This document shows, in pieces, positions 57,101 to 63,127 of a stretch of DNA of 64,000 bases (positions are counted from its first letter, which is position 1; each line of letters starts with the position of its first letter). The notes under the pieces are model-generated. The model was not told where the DNA came from. It ran no database searches and worked only from the letters and a program-made list of their open reading frames with translations. This DNA is from Laetmonice hystrix (Eukaryota), in assembly GCA_965235115.1 (NCBI GenBank), contig OZ249438.1:27838001-27902000 (forward strand), written 5' to 3'. The position numbers and the translations under genes are program-made.

Positions 57101-59517
57101 GGGTGTGAATGGGGCCCAAGTTGTTACCCACAAAGCGCCGACTAACAGGATGTTGTTTGTGTTTTCTTACCTGACATAGGTGTGTGTTTATCCAGTTGGT
57201 AAACGTTTTCTTCTGGACTCGTTCCTGCTCATCTGAAACAACACAGAGAATAGAGCCGTTACAGTGTGATCTCTACTGACGGGCGGTCAGACCTAGTTCT
57301 GGCCCCTTCATCTTACATACAATGGTCATAATACACTTGGTTCTGGATGAAACGTCCTCCTGATTCTGTATCAGGCTCGTTCTGGTTCTGGATGAAACGT
57401 CCTCCTGATTCTGTATCAGGCCCGCTCTAACTATGATATAAAACAAACCATGTACGTCAGTAGTCAGGGATGATGGAACAGCAACAAGGAGTACATCTTC
57501 ATGGATTACAATGATTATCATCCCCTACGTACTTACCATTCAATGAATAAGTACACAAAAAATAGCCAGTCCCTGGCGGTTTAAAAGGTTAGACAATGTC
57601 AATAAATTAAATACCTGTCGAGACAAAGACTAGTGACATGGGTTTAGAAAACCGATTTCTTGGGCACACACTGACTAAACGGGCCTTTGCTGGTCTGGTT
57701 TTTCTCCTATTTCTCACAGCTATAGTTTTTATGAACATCTACTCAAGGCGCCAGTCGAGCATTCTATGATTGAAGAAAAACATCACAAGTTCCTACAACC
57801 AATTTTTGCCGTCACTGCCGTGGGTCAACAGCGAGTCGGCTCGGATACCATGCTGGGTCTTACAGTGTTTATTTCTCTGTTAGGTTTTTAGCTGAAGTAG
57901 ATTCGGTAAGGGTTACCGTTACGATTTGAGTGGCGCAGCAGATGGTGCCCCGAAATGTCAGCTTTCACATCTGACCAACTTATCACTGATTACAATCAGG
58001 CAGGAAAACACATCCATACTCCCATAGATCGCGAGTGTAAATCTTCTCAATCCTCCAATCAAGAACAAGTCACCAAACATCCATACTCCCATAGGTCGCG
58101 AGTGTAAATCTTCTCAATCCTCCAATCAAGAACAAGTCACCAAACATCCATACTCCCATAGGTCGCGAGTGTAAATCTTCTCAATCCTCCAATCAAGAAC
58201 AAGTCACCAAACATCCATACTCCCATAGGTCGCGAGTGTAAATCTTCTCAATCCTCCAATCAAGAACAAGTCACCAAACATCAACAATACTCCCATAGGT
58301 CGCGAGTGTAAATCTTCTCAATCCTCCAATCAAGAACAAGTCACCAAACATCCATACTCCCATAGGTCGCGAGTGTAAATCTTCTCAATCCTCCAATCAA
58401 GAACAAGTCACCAAACATCCATACTCCCATAGGTCGCGAGTGTAAATCTTCTCAATCCTCCAATCAAGAACAAGTCACCAAACATCAACAATACTCCCAT
58501 AGGTCGCGAGTGTAAATCTTCTCAATCCTCCAATCAAGAACAAGTCACCAAACATCCATACTCCCATAGGTCGCGAGTGTAAATCTTCTCAATCCTCCAA
58601 TCAAGAACAAGTCACCAAACATCCATACTCCCATAGGTCGCGAGTGTAAATCTTCTCAATCCTCCAATCAAGAACAAGTCACCAAACACGTTTAACATAA
58701 TGGACTTTGTCCTTTCCCGTCCCTTATGCCTACATTGTCCAAACATAGGAAAACATGGCATATACACATAGCATTACTATTATCAACAACAAAGAGCTAA
58801 TTCATAACTTCTTCACTCCTTAAAACGAGCACATGATTGGCAAACTCATCATTTCTTTCTGCTTACCGCCACCTGTCCATGTACTTATTACCAACATATT
58901 CATTCGTAAACAGGCGAGTAATTCTCGCCAGGATCATTTACTGGTCCAAAACCATACTATTTCACCTGTAACCTTTCTGTCAATCATATGTCACTGCCCC
59001 ATTTACTACATCGCAAAACGTATTGTTAACCCTTGTCTACCCACTACCAGTATCATTCATTAACCTACAAAATTGACGATCTTATAAAATATTGTCTCCA
59101 CAAAAATCAATGAACCAGCTCAGAACAGGTCCGTCAACTTATTTCTCCTCAAATTATGTAATAATAAATAACTGAAAAAAACACAGTAGTGCAATCTCCT
59201 GGATTTACATATTATTCTGCATCTGTTAAAGTTCAAAGTTTAAACAGCCCAGCTCCATCCACCACTAGAATGCCATCTCCCTGCTACAATCAATTGGACC
59301 TAGACTCACTGAGCGTGTCCACCTCCAGGTAGAACACCTGTACCCCGGCGGCCAGTCGACACCGGGGACAGTCGGCGTGTCGGCGGGGAGACCGTCGGCC
59401 ACCCCGGTACATCCTCCTCACTTCCCGGGGACGGCGGCGGGCCGGACGGCGGCGGGGGTGAAGGGGTCGGTGGACCGGGTGGCGGCAGAGATCACAACAC
59501 ACCACCCCGCCCCACAT
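1..59517 (-). CDS. SYNE1: Nesprin-1/MSP-300-like giant spectrin-repeat protein with N-terminal tandem CH domains; multi-exon, 3'-partial (continues past base 1)
   Basis: 44 GT-AG exons join in frame (about 9.7 kb CDS). The N-terminus EQERVQKKTFTNWINTHL...[33 protein letters not shown]...DFGKSWRDG...DVDVEKPDEKSVMTYVAQF and the first rod segments ([55 protein letters not shown]) match nesprin-1 as I recall it, not spectrin, dystrophin or plakins. Confidence 0.95.
319..437 (-). CDS. SYNE1: SYNE1-like rod exon
   Basis: [21 protein letters not shown]...YPSTTAEGREIIRQEL; phase 0-2; absent from ORF track. Confidence 0.9.
551..715 (-). CDS. SYNE1: SYNE1-like rod exon
   Basis: CCAG/GTCTGT; DVIEKWE...RQAHIQ; 165 bp, phase 0-0. 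Confidence 0.9.
1055..1201 (-). CDS. SYNE1: SYNE1-like rod exon
   Basis: [22 protein letters not shown]...KQAIK; phase 0-0. Confidence 0.9.
2167..2269 (-). CDS. Candidate alternative (mutually exclusive, poison or terminal) spectrin helix-B exon
   Basis: Long TG-rich tract ending GTGCAG, then TLEHTARLQQFEFQGLTARTEALSSPDSSELTTR, then a GTGAGT donor in phase 1. Alternatives: weaker phase-0 donor at 2116, or read-through to the stop at 2102. Confidence 0.45.
2856..3179 (-). CDS. SYNE1: SYNE1-like rod exon
   Basis: [21 protein letters not shown]...QLEKFK; 324 bp. Confidence 0.9.
3435..3599 (-). CDS. SYNE1: SYNE1-like rod exon
   Basis: [19 protein letters not shown]...LDKLE; 165 bp. Confidence 0.9.
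3847..3987 (-). CDS. SYNE1: SYNE1-like rod exon
   Basis: [22 protein letters not shown]...RYRNTCNTVK; 141 bp; absent from ORF track. Confidence 0.9.
4816..5142 (-). CDS. SYNE1: SYNE1-like rod exon
   Basis: [21 protein letters not shown]...LQNYR; 327 bp. Confidence 0.92.
5404..5568 (-). CDS. SYNE1: SYNE1-like rod exon
   Basis: TTTAG/GTAAAG; GCLEHQQES...LENLK; 165 bp. Confidence 0.9.
5686..5838 (-). CDS. SYNE1: SYNE1-like rod exon
   Basis: [21 protein letters not shown]...AGTVQ; 153 bp. Confidence 0.9.
6090..6246 (-). CDS. SYNE1: SYNE1-like rod exon
   Basis: TCTAG/GTATTG; (K)TKLESCMVQW...LRNFK; phase 2-0. Confidence 0.9.
6500..6825 (-). CDS. SYNE1: SYNE1-like rod exon
   Basis: TGTAG/GTAAGA; VEEVLWHAL...RLMQA(K); phase 0-2. 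Confidence 0.9.
6973..7137 (-). CDS. SYNE1: SYNE1-like rod exon
   Basis: [20 protein letters not shown]...KATK; 165 bp. Confidence 0.85.
7317..7451 (-). CDS. SYNE1: SYNE1-like rod exon
   Basis: [21 protein letters not shown]...FETAK. Confidence 0.88.
7641..7820 (-). CDS. SYNE1: SYNE1-like rod exon
   Basis: [22 protein letters not shown]...LMDFK. Confidence 0.88.
8028..8201 (-). CDS. SYNE1: SYNE1-like rod exon
   Basis: [21 protein letters not shown]...LQKYK. Confidence 0.9.
8208..8315. repeat. 27-bp minisatellite, about 4 copies
   Basis: Unit TTACCACAATTAAACACACACCATCAG at 8221, 8248, 8275, 8302; abuts the acceptor of exon 8028-8201. Confidence 0.9.
8401..8562 (-). CDS. SYNE1: SYNE1-like rod exon
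   Basis: [21 protein letters not shown]...KNITK. Confidence 0.88.
8749..9711 (-). CDS. SYNE1: SYNE1-like rod exon (963 bp)
   Basis: [21 protein letters not shown]...LNRYK; about 3 spectrin repeats. Confidence 0.93.
9998..10318 (-). CDS. SYNE1: SYNE1-like rod exon
   Basis: [21 protein letters not shown]...SRKLE. Confidence 0.9.
10466..11104 (-). CDS. SYNE1: SYNE1-like rod exon (639 bp)
   Basis: [21 protein letters not shown]...LGTYK. Confidence 0.93.
11334..11651 (-). CDS. SYNE1: SYNE1-like rod exon
   Basis: [21 protein letters not shown]...FKEAT. Confidence 0.9.
11860..12177 (-). CDS. SYNE1: SYNE1-like rod exon
   Basis: TTGCAG (upstream CTGAC branch-like)/GTATCC; GLMARLDQE...LATKK. Confidence 0.87.
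12300..12623 (-). CDS. SYNE1: SYNE1-like rod exon
   Basis: [21 protein letters not shown]...LEEQG. Confidence 0.88.
13338..13446 (-). CDS. SYNE1: SYNE1-like rod exon
   Basis: TTACAG/GTGAGT; (R)LKEFEIWMN...LAKFQ; phase 2-0. Confidence 0.9.
13714..13931 (-). CDS. SYNE1: SYNE1-like rod exon
   Basis: [21 protein letters not shown]...LYNQ(R); phase 0-2. Confidence 0.9.
14135..14296 (-). CDS. SYNE1: SYNE1-like rod exon
   Basis: [21 protein letters not shown]...LALHK. Confidence 0.87.
14532..14666 (-). CDS. SYNE1: SYNE1-like rod exon
   Basis: [21 protein letters not shown]...QERWE. Confidence 0.9.
14815..14982 (-). CDS. SYNE1: SYNE1-like rod exon
   Basis: [21 protein letters not shown]...IDSHK. 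Confidence 0.88.
15156..15284 (-). CDS. SYNE1: SYNE1-like rod exon
   Basis: [21 protein letters not shown]...NKRFQ. Confidence 0.88.
15436..15762 (-). CDS. SYNE1: SYNE1-like rod exon
   Basis: [21 protein letters not shown]...RKKHT. Confidence 0.9.
16045..16362 (-). CDS. SYNE1: SYNE1-like rod exon
   Basis: [36 protein letters not shown]...MRALD. Confidence 0.92.
18047..18082 (-). CDS. Candidate 36-nt cassette microexon or end of an alternative first exon
   Basis: AAACAG acceptor, consensus GTAAGT donor, phase 0-0 like the flanking introns; DGDFNIMTKFFG. Confidence 0.4.
19262..19467 (-). CDS. SYNE1: SYNE1-like rod exon
   Basis: GATCAG/GTAAGT; (N)PNEAVQVNE...PADRG; phase 1-0. Confidence 0.92.
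19562..19672. mobile_element. 111-bp MITE-like element with perfect 19-bp terminal inverted repeats
   Basis: CAGGGGTGCGTTTCACAAC (19562-19580) and GTTGTGAAACGCACCCCTG (19654-19672); no clear TSD. Confidence 0.75.
19842..19938 (-). CDS. SYNE1: SYNE1-like rod exon
   Basis: [28 protein letters not shown]...RQNPQ; phase 0-1. Confidence 0.92.
20539..20820 (-). CDS. SYNE1: SYNE1-like rod exon
   Basis: [21 protein letters not shown]...[10 protein letters not shown]...LADYM. Confidence 0.93.
22022..22333 (-). CDS. SYNE1: SYNE1-like rod exon
   Basis: [21 protein letters not shown]...[23 protein letters not shown]...LEEHK. Confidence 0.93.
24331..24647. repeat. Degenerate minisatellite, unit about 30-33 bp, about 9 copies
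   Basis: Recurring GGGCTAGACATGGAGATAAGTTTT(G)n. Confidence 0.8.
25982..26629 (-). CDS. Candidate alternative first or internal exon encoding an acidic Glu/Gly/Thr-rich repeat (EEGGIP...GETPTS)
   Basis: 228-aa ORF; repeat units of 28/27/28/17/17/11 aa all in frame; phase-0 CAG|GTAGGC donor fits exon 22333; acceptor weak. Confidence 0.5.
26640..26790. promoter_or_regulatory. Array of six CACGTG E-boxes (degenerate minisatellite, unit about 29 bp)
   Basis: CACGTG at 26640, 26670, 26696, 26726, 26754, 26785; function inferred only. Confidence 0.5.
27659..29470. repeat. 55-56-bp minisatellite, about 32 copies
   Basis: Unit ACCAATGATGAGGCAGTCTGTAGTGACTACCAGCCTCCCGGGCCGGTCAGTCCTT(T). Confidence 0.97.
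30414..30525. promoter_or_regulatory. Cluster of RFX X-box-like motifs
   Basis: GTTCCCATGGTAAC at 30430-30443 (full palindromic consensus) plus ATTGCCATGGTGAC, GACCATGGTTAC and GTTACCATGGGTAC. Confidence 0.45.
30616..31207. repeat. Tandem repeat, unit about 99-106 bp, 6 copies
   Basis: Unit CCTTT(G)nTTCTCCCCAATTACTACGTGATGACGGGTAATTCTCTGCCGACAAAAACATCATAACA(C/T)TGTAAGTCATACGGTCTCTGG(T/G)GGTTTTA. Confidence 0.95.
31757..32590. repeat. 41-bp CpG-rich minisatellite, about 20 copies
   Basis: Unit CCGCCATGTAACCCGATGACCCCGCCCGGACTCAGTGACGG; lies about 20 bp into the intron after the donor at 32610. Confidence 0.97.
32611..32754 (-). CDS. SYNE1: SYNE1-like exon, start of spectrin rod
   Basis: [19 protein letters not shown]...EYEDLNKWIDHAHGVL...QAEYK; phase 0-0. 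Confidence 0.85.
33986..35527 (-). CDS. SYNE1: Large (514 aa) Ser/Pro/Arg-rich disordered cassette exon in the CH2-rod linker
   Basis: Pyrimidine tract TCTCTTTTTCCCCCTGTGGTCCCTCCACAG; 1542 bp open; AAG|GTTCTA donor (weak, so the 3' end is less certain); phase 0-0. Confidence 0.75.
36277..37050. repeat. Tandem repeat, unit about 154-157 bp, 5 copies
   Basis: Units start CCTAGTGTATCCCCACCGAT at about 36277, 36431, 36585, 36740, 36897. Confidence 0.95.
37462..37475. promoter_or_regulatory. CTCF consensus motif
   Basis: GCGCCACCTAGTGG; a second site GCGCCACCTGATGG at 39274-39287. Confidence 0.45.
38734..38805 (-). CDS. SYNE1: Candidate 72-nt cassette exon in the CH2-rod linker
   Basis: AAACAG/GTAACG; RPSTLAIPRPISVTQNQGAVSVAK; phase 0-0. 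Confidence 0.6.
39477..39580 (-). CDS. SYNE1: SYNE1-like exon, end of CH2
   Basis: GGCAG/GTCAGT; (D)VDVEKPDEKSVMTYVAQFIKAYPD...AMK; phase 1-0. Confidence 0.95.
39883..40079 (-). CDS. SYNE1: SYNE1-like exon, CH2 core
   Basis: [31 protein letters not shown]...LGIPRLLDPE; phase 2-1. Confidence 0.96.
41396..41515. repeat. 60-bp direct duplication
   Basis: GGCTTGGCTACTCGGTACATAGTATACAATTCTTGCACCCTCC(C/A)AACTGAAATAAACTCA twice. Confidence 0.9.
41569..42797 (-). CDS. SYNE1: Alternative N-terminal coding exon (about 410 aa, Arg/Ser/Pro-rich) splicing into CH2
   Basis: AAC-ATG start, 1229 bp open, ends CA|GTAAGC in phase 2, matching the acceptor at 40079; ends with CH helix-A-like TKQDLLNMIYQ. Confidence 0.78.
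43192..43590. repeat. 33-bp minisatellite, about 12 copies
   Basis: Unit TGACAGCTCTGTCTCATCCTCTACCTCAGCCGC. Confidence 0.96.
44887..44920 (-). CDS. Candidate short upstream first exon for the 410-aa N-terminus
   Basis: ATA-ATG MRDADVGDRTP then G|GTAAGA; phase 1 joins the TAG acceptor at 42805 in frame (…P-A-P-N-MSSQ). Confidence 0.35.
46975..47280 (+). promoter_or_regulatory. Putative promoter of the nested calaxin gene
   Basis: GC box and G-tracts 47076-47096, CCAAT 47118-47122, TATAAA 47269-47274, X-box half-sites TGGCAAC 46981-46987 and GTTGCT 47218-47223. Confidence 0.55.
47481..48164 (+). CDS. EFCAB1: Calaxin (EF-hand calcium-binding domain protein 1); intronless, nested antisense in the nesprin intron
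   Basis: 227-aa ORF with DRNTFRNVLH..FDMTDDIIMDRVFKAFDKDND, FLRGTFDERITFCFDVYD, EDPDEGIKELVEIALKK, ESLLLEFLGQCLP; three EF loops (DKDNDSQISAEE, DMNSDGYISREE, DQDHDNRVSFAD). Confidence 0.95.
   Translation: MSTQVRKVAKTKRQALTKQAEFLVKKYRFQKDENEKLLNLFSRETKGKNKMDRNTFRNVLHNCFDMTDDIIMDRVFKAFDKDNDSQISAEEWIRGMCIFLRGTFDERITFCFDVYDMNSDGYISREEMFHLLKLCIIKQTGDEDPDEGIKELVEIALKKADQDHDNRVSFADYQTTCRQESLLLEFLGQCLPTEVKVDAFECLLRGDPDALYQSARQDCEQQSPETD
48294..48299 (+). terminator. Polyadenylation signal of the calaxin gene
   Basis: AATAAA 130 nt after the stop, followed by GT-rich sequence. Confidence 0.5.
50085..50530. repeat. 54-bp minisatellite, about 8 copies
   Basis: Unit GGTCGGTTGGCGGCCGTGCCGGATACAGAGTACCGGTGGGGTAGTGCCTGTGAT. 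Confidence 0.96.
51459..51610 (-). CDS. SYNE1: SYNE1-like exon, CH1-CH2 linker and CH2 helix A
   Basis: [20 protein letters not shown]...GGAKKAMLMWVQKAVT(K); phase 0-2. Confidence 0.95.
53848..53940 (-). CDS. SYNE1: SYNE1-like exon, end of CH1
   Basis: [43 protein letters not shown]. Confidence 0.97.
55051..55143 (-). CDS. SYNE1: SYNE1-like exon, CH1
   Basis: [43 protein letters not shown]. Confidence 0.95.
55260..55602. mobile_element. Non-autonomous DNA transposon (Kolobok-like MITE) with TTAA target duplication
   Basis: TTAA-AGGTGCTATTCGT ... ACGAATAGCACCT-TTAA; 13-bp TIRs, 335-bp body; TTAA with RR termini is the Kolobok pattern. Confidence 0.8.
55759..55854 (-). CDS. SYNE1: SYNE1-like exon, CH1
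   Basis: [44 protein letters not shown]. Confidence 0.96.
57171..57232 (-). CDS. SYNE1: SYNE1-like exon, start of CH1
   Basis: TTTCAG/GTAAGA; xEQERVQKKTFTNWINTHLCQ; phase 1-0. Confidence 0.95.
57341..57421. repeat. Short direct duplication, period 45 bp
   Basis: TTCTGGATGAAACGTCCTCCTGATTCTGTATCAGGC twice. Confidence 0.85.
57537..57572 (-). CDS. Candidate 36-nt phase 1-1 microexon just upstream of CH1
   Basis: CTAAC branch, CTTTTAAACCGCCAG acceptor, ATG|GTAAGT donor; open as (R)TGYFLCTYSLN(D). Confidence 0.55.
58009..58687. repeat. 67-bp minisatellite, about 10 copies
   Basis: Unit CCATACTCCCATAGGTCGCGAGTGTAAATCTTCTCAATCCTCCAATCAAGAACAAGTCACCAAACAT. Confidence 0.97.
59310..59517 (-). CDS. 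SYNE1: Candidate first coding exon of the CH1-containing isoform
   Basis: GC-rich island; GCC-ATG at 59517 (alternative ATG at 59412); MWGGVVCCDLC...MYRGGRRSPRRHADCPRCRLAAGVQVFYLEVDTL then A|GTGAGT, phase 1 matching exon 57232. Confidence 0.7.
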
Positions 59518-60251
59518 GGCAAGGTAACCGGGTAGTGATCCAATAACGGCATTTATAACTGTTGGTGTGATCAATGATAACAAGTGTTGGAGTCACCATT
59601 CCCGCTGGCACCGCTTACACAGAGAGCAGAAGATGCTGGAGTCACAGGAAAACTTGGAATATTTAAACGTACCACCTGTTTGCCACAGATATGGATGGTA
59701 CAGCAACAAATAGCACTTCGAGAATCCAGACAATATTTGCCGTACATTCCGTCCAAACAACAGCTTCACAAAAAGGTAGACAATGCACATCAAAATAGAG
59801 ATTCCATATTAAGTTCCACCAGTCGTGTCAAACACCAGCAGCCATGTGTCCATCATCTATTCCGCCTTTCAACTCTTCCAAGCTGTGCATTAGATTCACA
59901 TTTTGTAGAAGAGTTCCATAAAATCTCTGTATATCACAAGCACACATATTCAATAATTCATTATATGTGTACCGATATGATGATCACAATATATGTATGA
60001 CAATCCGTATGAGTATATGTGTGAAAGTTATTATAATCATCAGAACCTCTATGATGCCGGCGGCTGAGGTTGGAATGATCAAAGATACGGGTCACTTGTT
60101 ACTATGACCACTGGTCATGGTAAGACTGGTTTGTAAAATACTGGTGGTACACCTGCTACTGCTGACGGTACACTGACCAGACTGCTGTGTCTACATGAAC
60201 CACACTGATCCAGAGATCGGAGGCTGGTGTCTGGAGGATTCAGTCACCCTA

Positions 60252-60286
60252 TGGTCTGGTCTGGTCTGGTCTGGTCTGGTCTGGTG
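60252..60286. repeat. (TGGTC)n microsatellite
   Basis: About 7 copies. Confidence 0.9.
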
Positions 60287-60678
60287 CTGTGGTAGCCTCA
60301 GACGACTCTGGGATGTGTAGGCCCAGTCTAACGACCACAGTGCTCACACATGCCTCATGACAATCAATCGTACCAACGTCCTCGTACACGTACGACTATA
60401 TACGTCAGGTTATATTTACCTATTCTAGCTTTTCTAGACCTCATAAAAATACCTGAATGGCAGCTGAATATTCATCAAATAGTCATTCTCCCGTGTAGGT
60501 TTTTCAGTATTCCCTTATTTTATTAACCTCCTAAAGTGTCCGTAATTTTCAAACCGTATGGGCAGACTCATCATGGTTGGATCACGTCAGTCGCCGGACT
60601 AGAGTGTCTGATCACATGCACTCCGGAAGACTCATTCAGCCTCGCCACAGTCTGCCAACAAAGAACATTCTTCACAAT

Positions 60679-60692
60679 GTTTCCATGGCAAC
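60679..60692. promoter_or_regulatory. RFX X-box
   Basis: GTTTCCATGGCAAC, full consensus, about 1.2 kb upstream of the candidate first exon. Confidence 0.45.
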
Positions 60693-62625
60693 CACTCCTC
60701 TGCTTGCCTTCCAGGAATCGTTGATATCACAAACCTGCCTTGTTGGCCTTTTCCTGCTAGTTTGGCTGTTCAATATATTCATTAATACCAGACGACCCCA
60801 CAAAGTGGTACTGCATGGACCACCAGACACACTGCATTCTACAATCTTCTGCTGCAAGGATCCGTTCGTTAAAACAAGGCTACCATTCAAACCTTTGTGA
60901 CTTTGAGTACTCTTCCCGCCAGTGGTGGGGGTGTCTGGTATATTATTACAGGTAGACTGCACCGTCTACAGATGAGAGCCAATTTTTATTGGCCGTAGAT
61001 CTTTGGTTGGGATCACAATTACATACTTTATGACATAGAATTTCGAAGTCGTCACATAATCACTCAGGAGGTCCTTCTGGTATTTCTGTCCCGATATGAA
61101 TCCATTATGAAGACAAATATGAGGAAATAGAGATGAAGTTATGATGACCAGATTCTAGAAAATCCTGCGGTCCCTTTCCCGCGTTTAACGAGTTTGAGAT
61201 GCATCTACCATCATGATATCTGTGCTAATTTCTGACCGTTACAAACAAAGCTGGGAGCCTGCGGGAGATCCACAACGGCAGCTGGCTGGCTCTCTGGCTG
61301 CTGTGTCTGGTACTGCCCCCTGCTGGGGATCGACATCACTAGAACTCCTCACCCGTACACTGTTGCCTCTGAGGAGCACCGTCGAGTTCAGCCTAACGTG
61401 ACTCCGCCAATCATAAACATATGGGGGGGAGGGGATTCTGAGAGTTACACCTTGAGGAAACCAATCCCCAAACTACAACGTTACCTGCGGCTCTGCCTTA
61501 AATCCGACATGTTTTCCTTAACAAAAAGTCGGATGACAATGAGTGAGGTAGTGAGTTTGAACCTGTGCACGAATCTTGTTAGGATTTACAATGATCCGTC
61601 GATAAGAGCCACTGATCCGGCTGATATTAAGGAGAGGTACGATAATCCTGACAATCACGGGACCACTTCGCTGTCACGTAACCGGAGATACGCTGGAGAT
61701 AATCCTTGCTAATCCTTGTATGGGTGAAAGTTATCTTCAAGTGATTCAAATTAACATGATGGGTTTACAAAGACGTGTATCTATGACAGCCGGCAAAAAC
61801 AAAGCACAAATAGTAAATCCTGGGCGCTGCACGGTACCACGGCAGCTGCTTATCACAAAGATGAAGAATGCTGCTCATCACAAATCTATATGTCACAGTG
61901 TCGTGGCGAGATGAGTGCCCGACCCGCCTCGTCAGGTTGTACCTCGCACCGTGAATCCTGCCGGCACCGACCGGCGGCACTGAACGGACCGGCGGGAAAC
62001 TGACGCCAGGGGGCGCGGCAGGGCACGGTATGAGGTACGGTCGTCACAGGGCAGGTAGCGGGCCCGCTTCTTCTACCAGATGGTGCACCTTATAACATTT
62101 GGGGTGGAGGTGCGGGGTGGGGTGGAGGCTCGGGCCAAGAATGGAGGGGGGGGGGGATGAGGTCCTGGAGGTTGCCTCGGCACCCATGGAACTCTCTGTC
62201 TGACAAGCTCAAGCTTCCTTACAAGCATCAAATTACATCAAACTATCAGTGCATTGTGTTAATAGACAGGAATTTCATGAACCTTTGGAATTATTACTTC
62301 AAGAGCGCCTCCAGAAGCAAGTGAGTCGGTTACATGCTGCTTCACCAAATGTCATTGTGTCATTCATTGACTACCGCAAGAGGAGACATGCTTACAGGTC
62401 TTGGGCTCGCTCCCTGTACCCTCACAAAGTCACAGAAATCCTGCCCCTGCACCCCCACCTCCAGCTCGGGACACGCCTTACCACGGCCTGTCAATCATAG
62501 CTGTCAATCACGGACATGAACATGACGTGTGCCGTGTTTATATACGACCAATTCATCCACATCAACAATACCTCCAGCACGCACGCCAAGAACGCTGAGA
62601 AACAGGGAAAAGTATACACTACAGC

Positions 62626-63127
62626 TCTGATCCCGTTATCAGTCATTACATACACCGATCCCGTTATCAGTCATCACATACACCACAGCTCTAAAGTCGT
62701 TATCAGTCATCACATACACCACGGCTCTGATCCCGTTATCAGTCATCACATACACCACGGCTCTGATCCCGTTATCAGTCATCACATACACCACGGCTCT
62801 GATCCCGTTATCAGTCATCACATACACCACGGCTCTGATGCCGTCATCAGTCATCACATACACCACGGCTCTGTTCCCGTTATCAGTCATCACATACACC
62901 GATCCCGTTATCAGTCATCACATACACCACGGCTCTGATCCCGTCATCAGTCATCACATACACCACGGCTCTGATCCCGTTATCAGTCATCACATACACC
63001 ACGGCTCTGATCCCGTTATCAGTCATCACATACACCACGGCTCTGATCCCGTTATCAGTCATCACATACACCACGGCTCTGATCCCGTTATCAGTCATCA
63101 CATACACCACGGCTCTGATCCCGTTAT
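62626..63127. repeat. 36-bp minisatellite, about 13-14 copies
   Basis: Unit CTCTGATCCCGTTATCAGTCATCACATACACCACGG, with a few truncated units. Confidence 0.96.
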
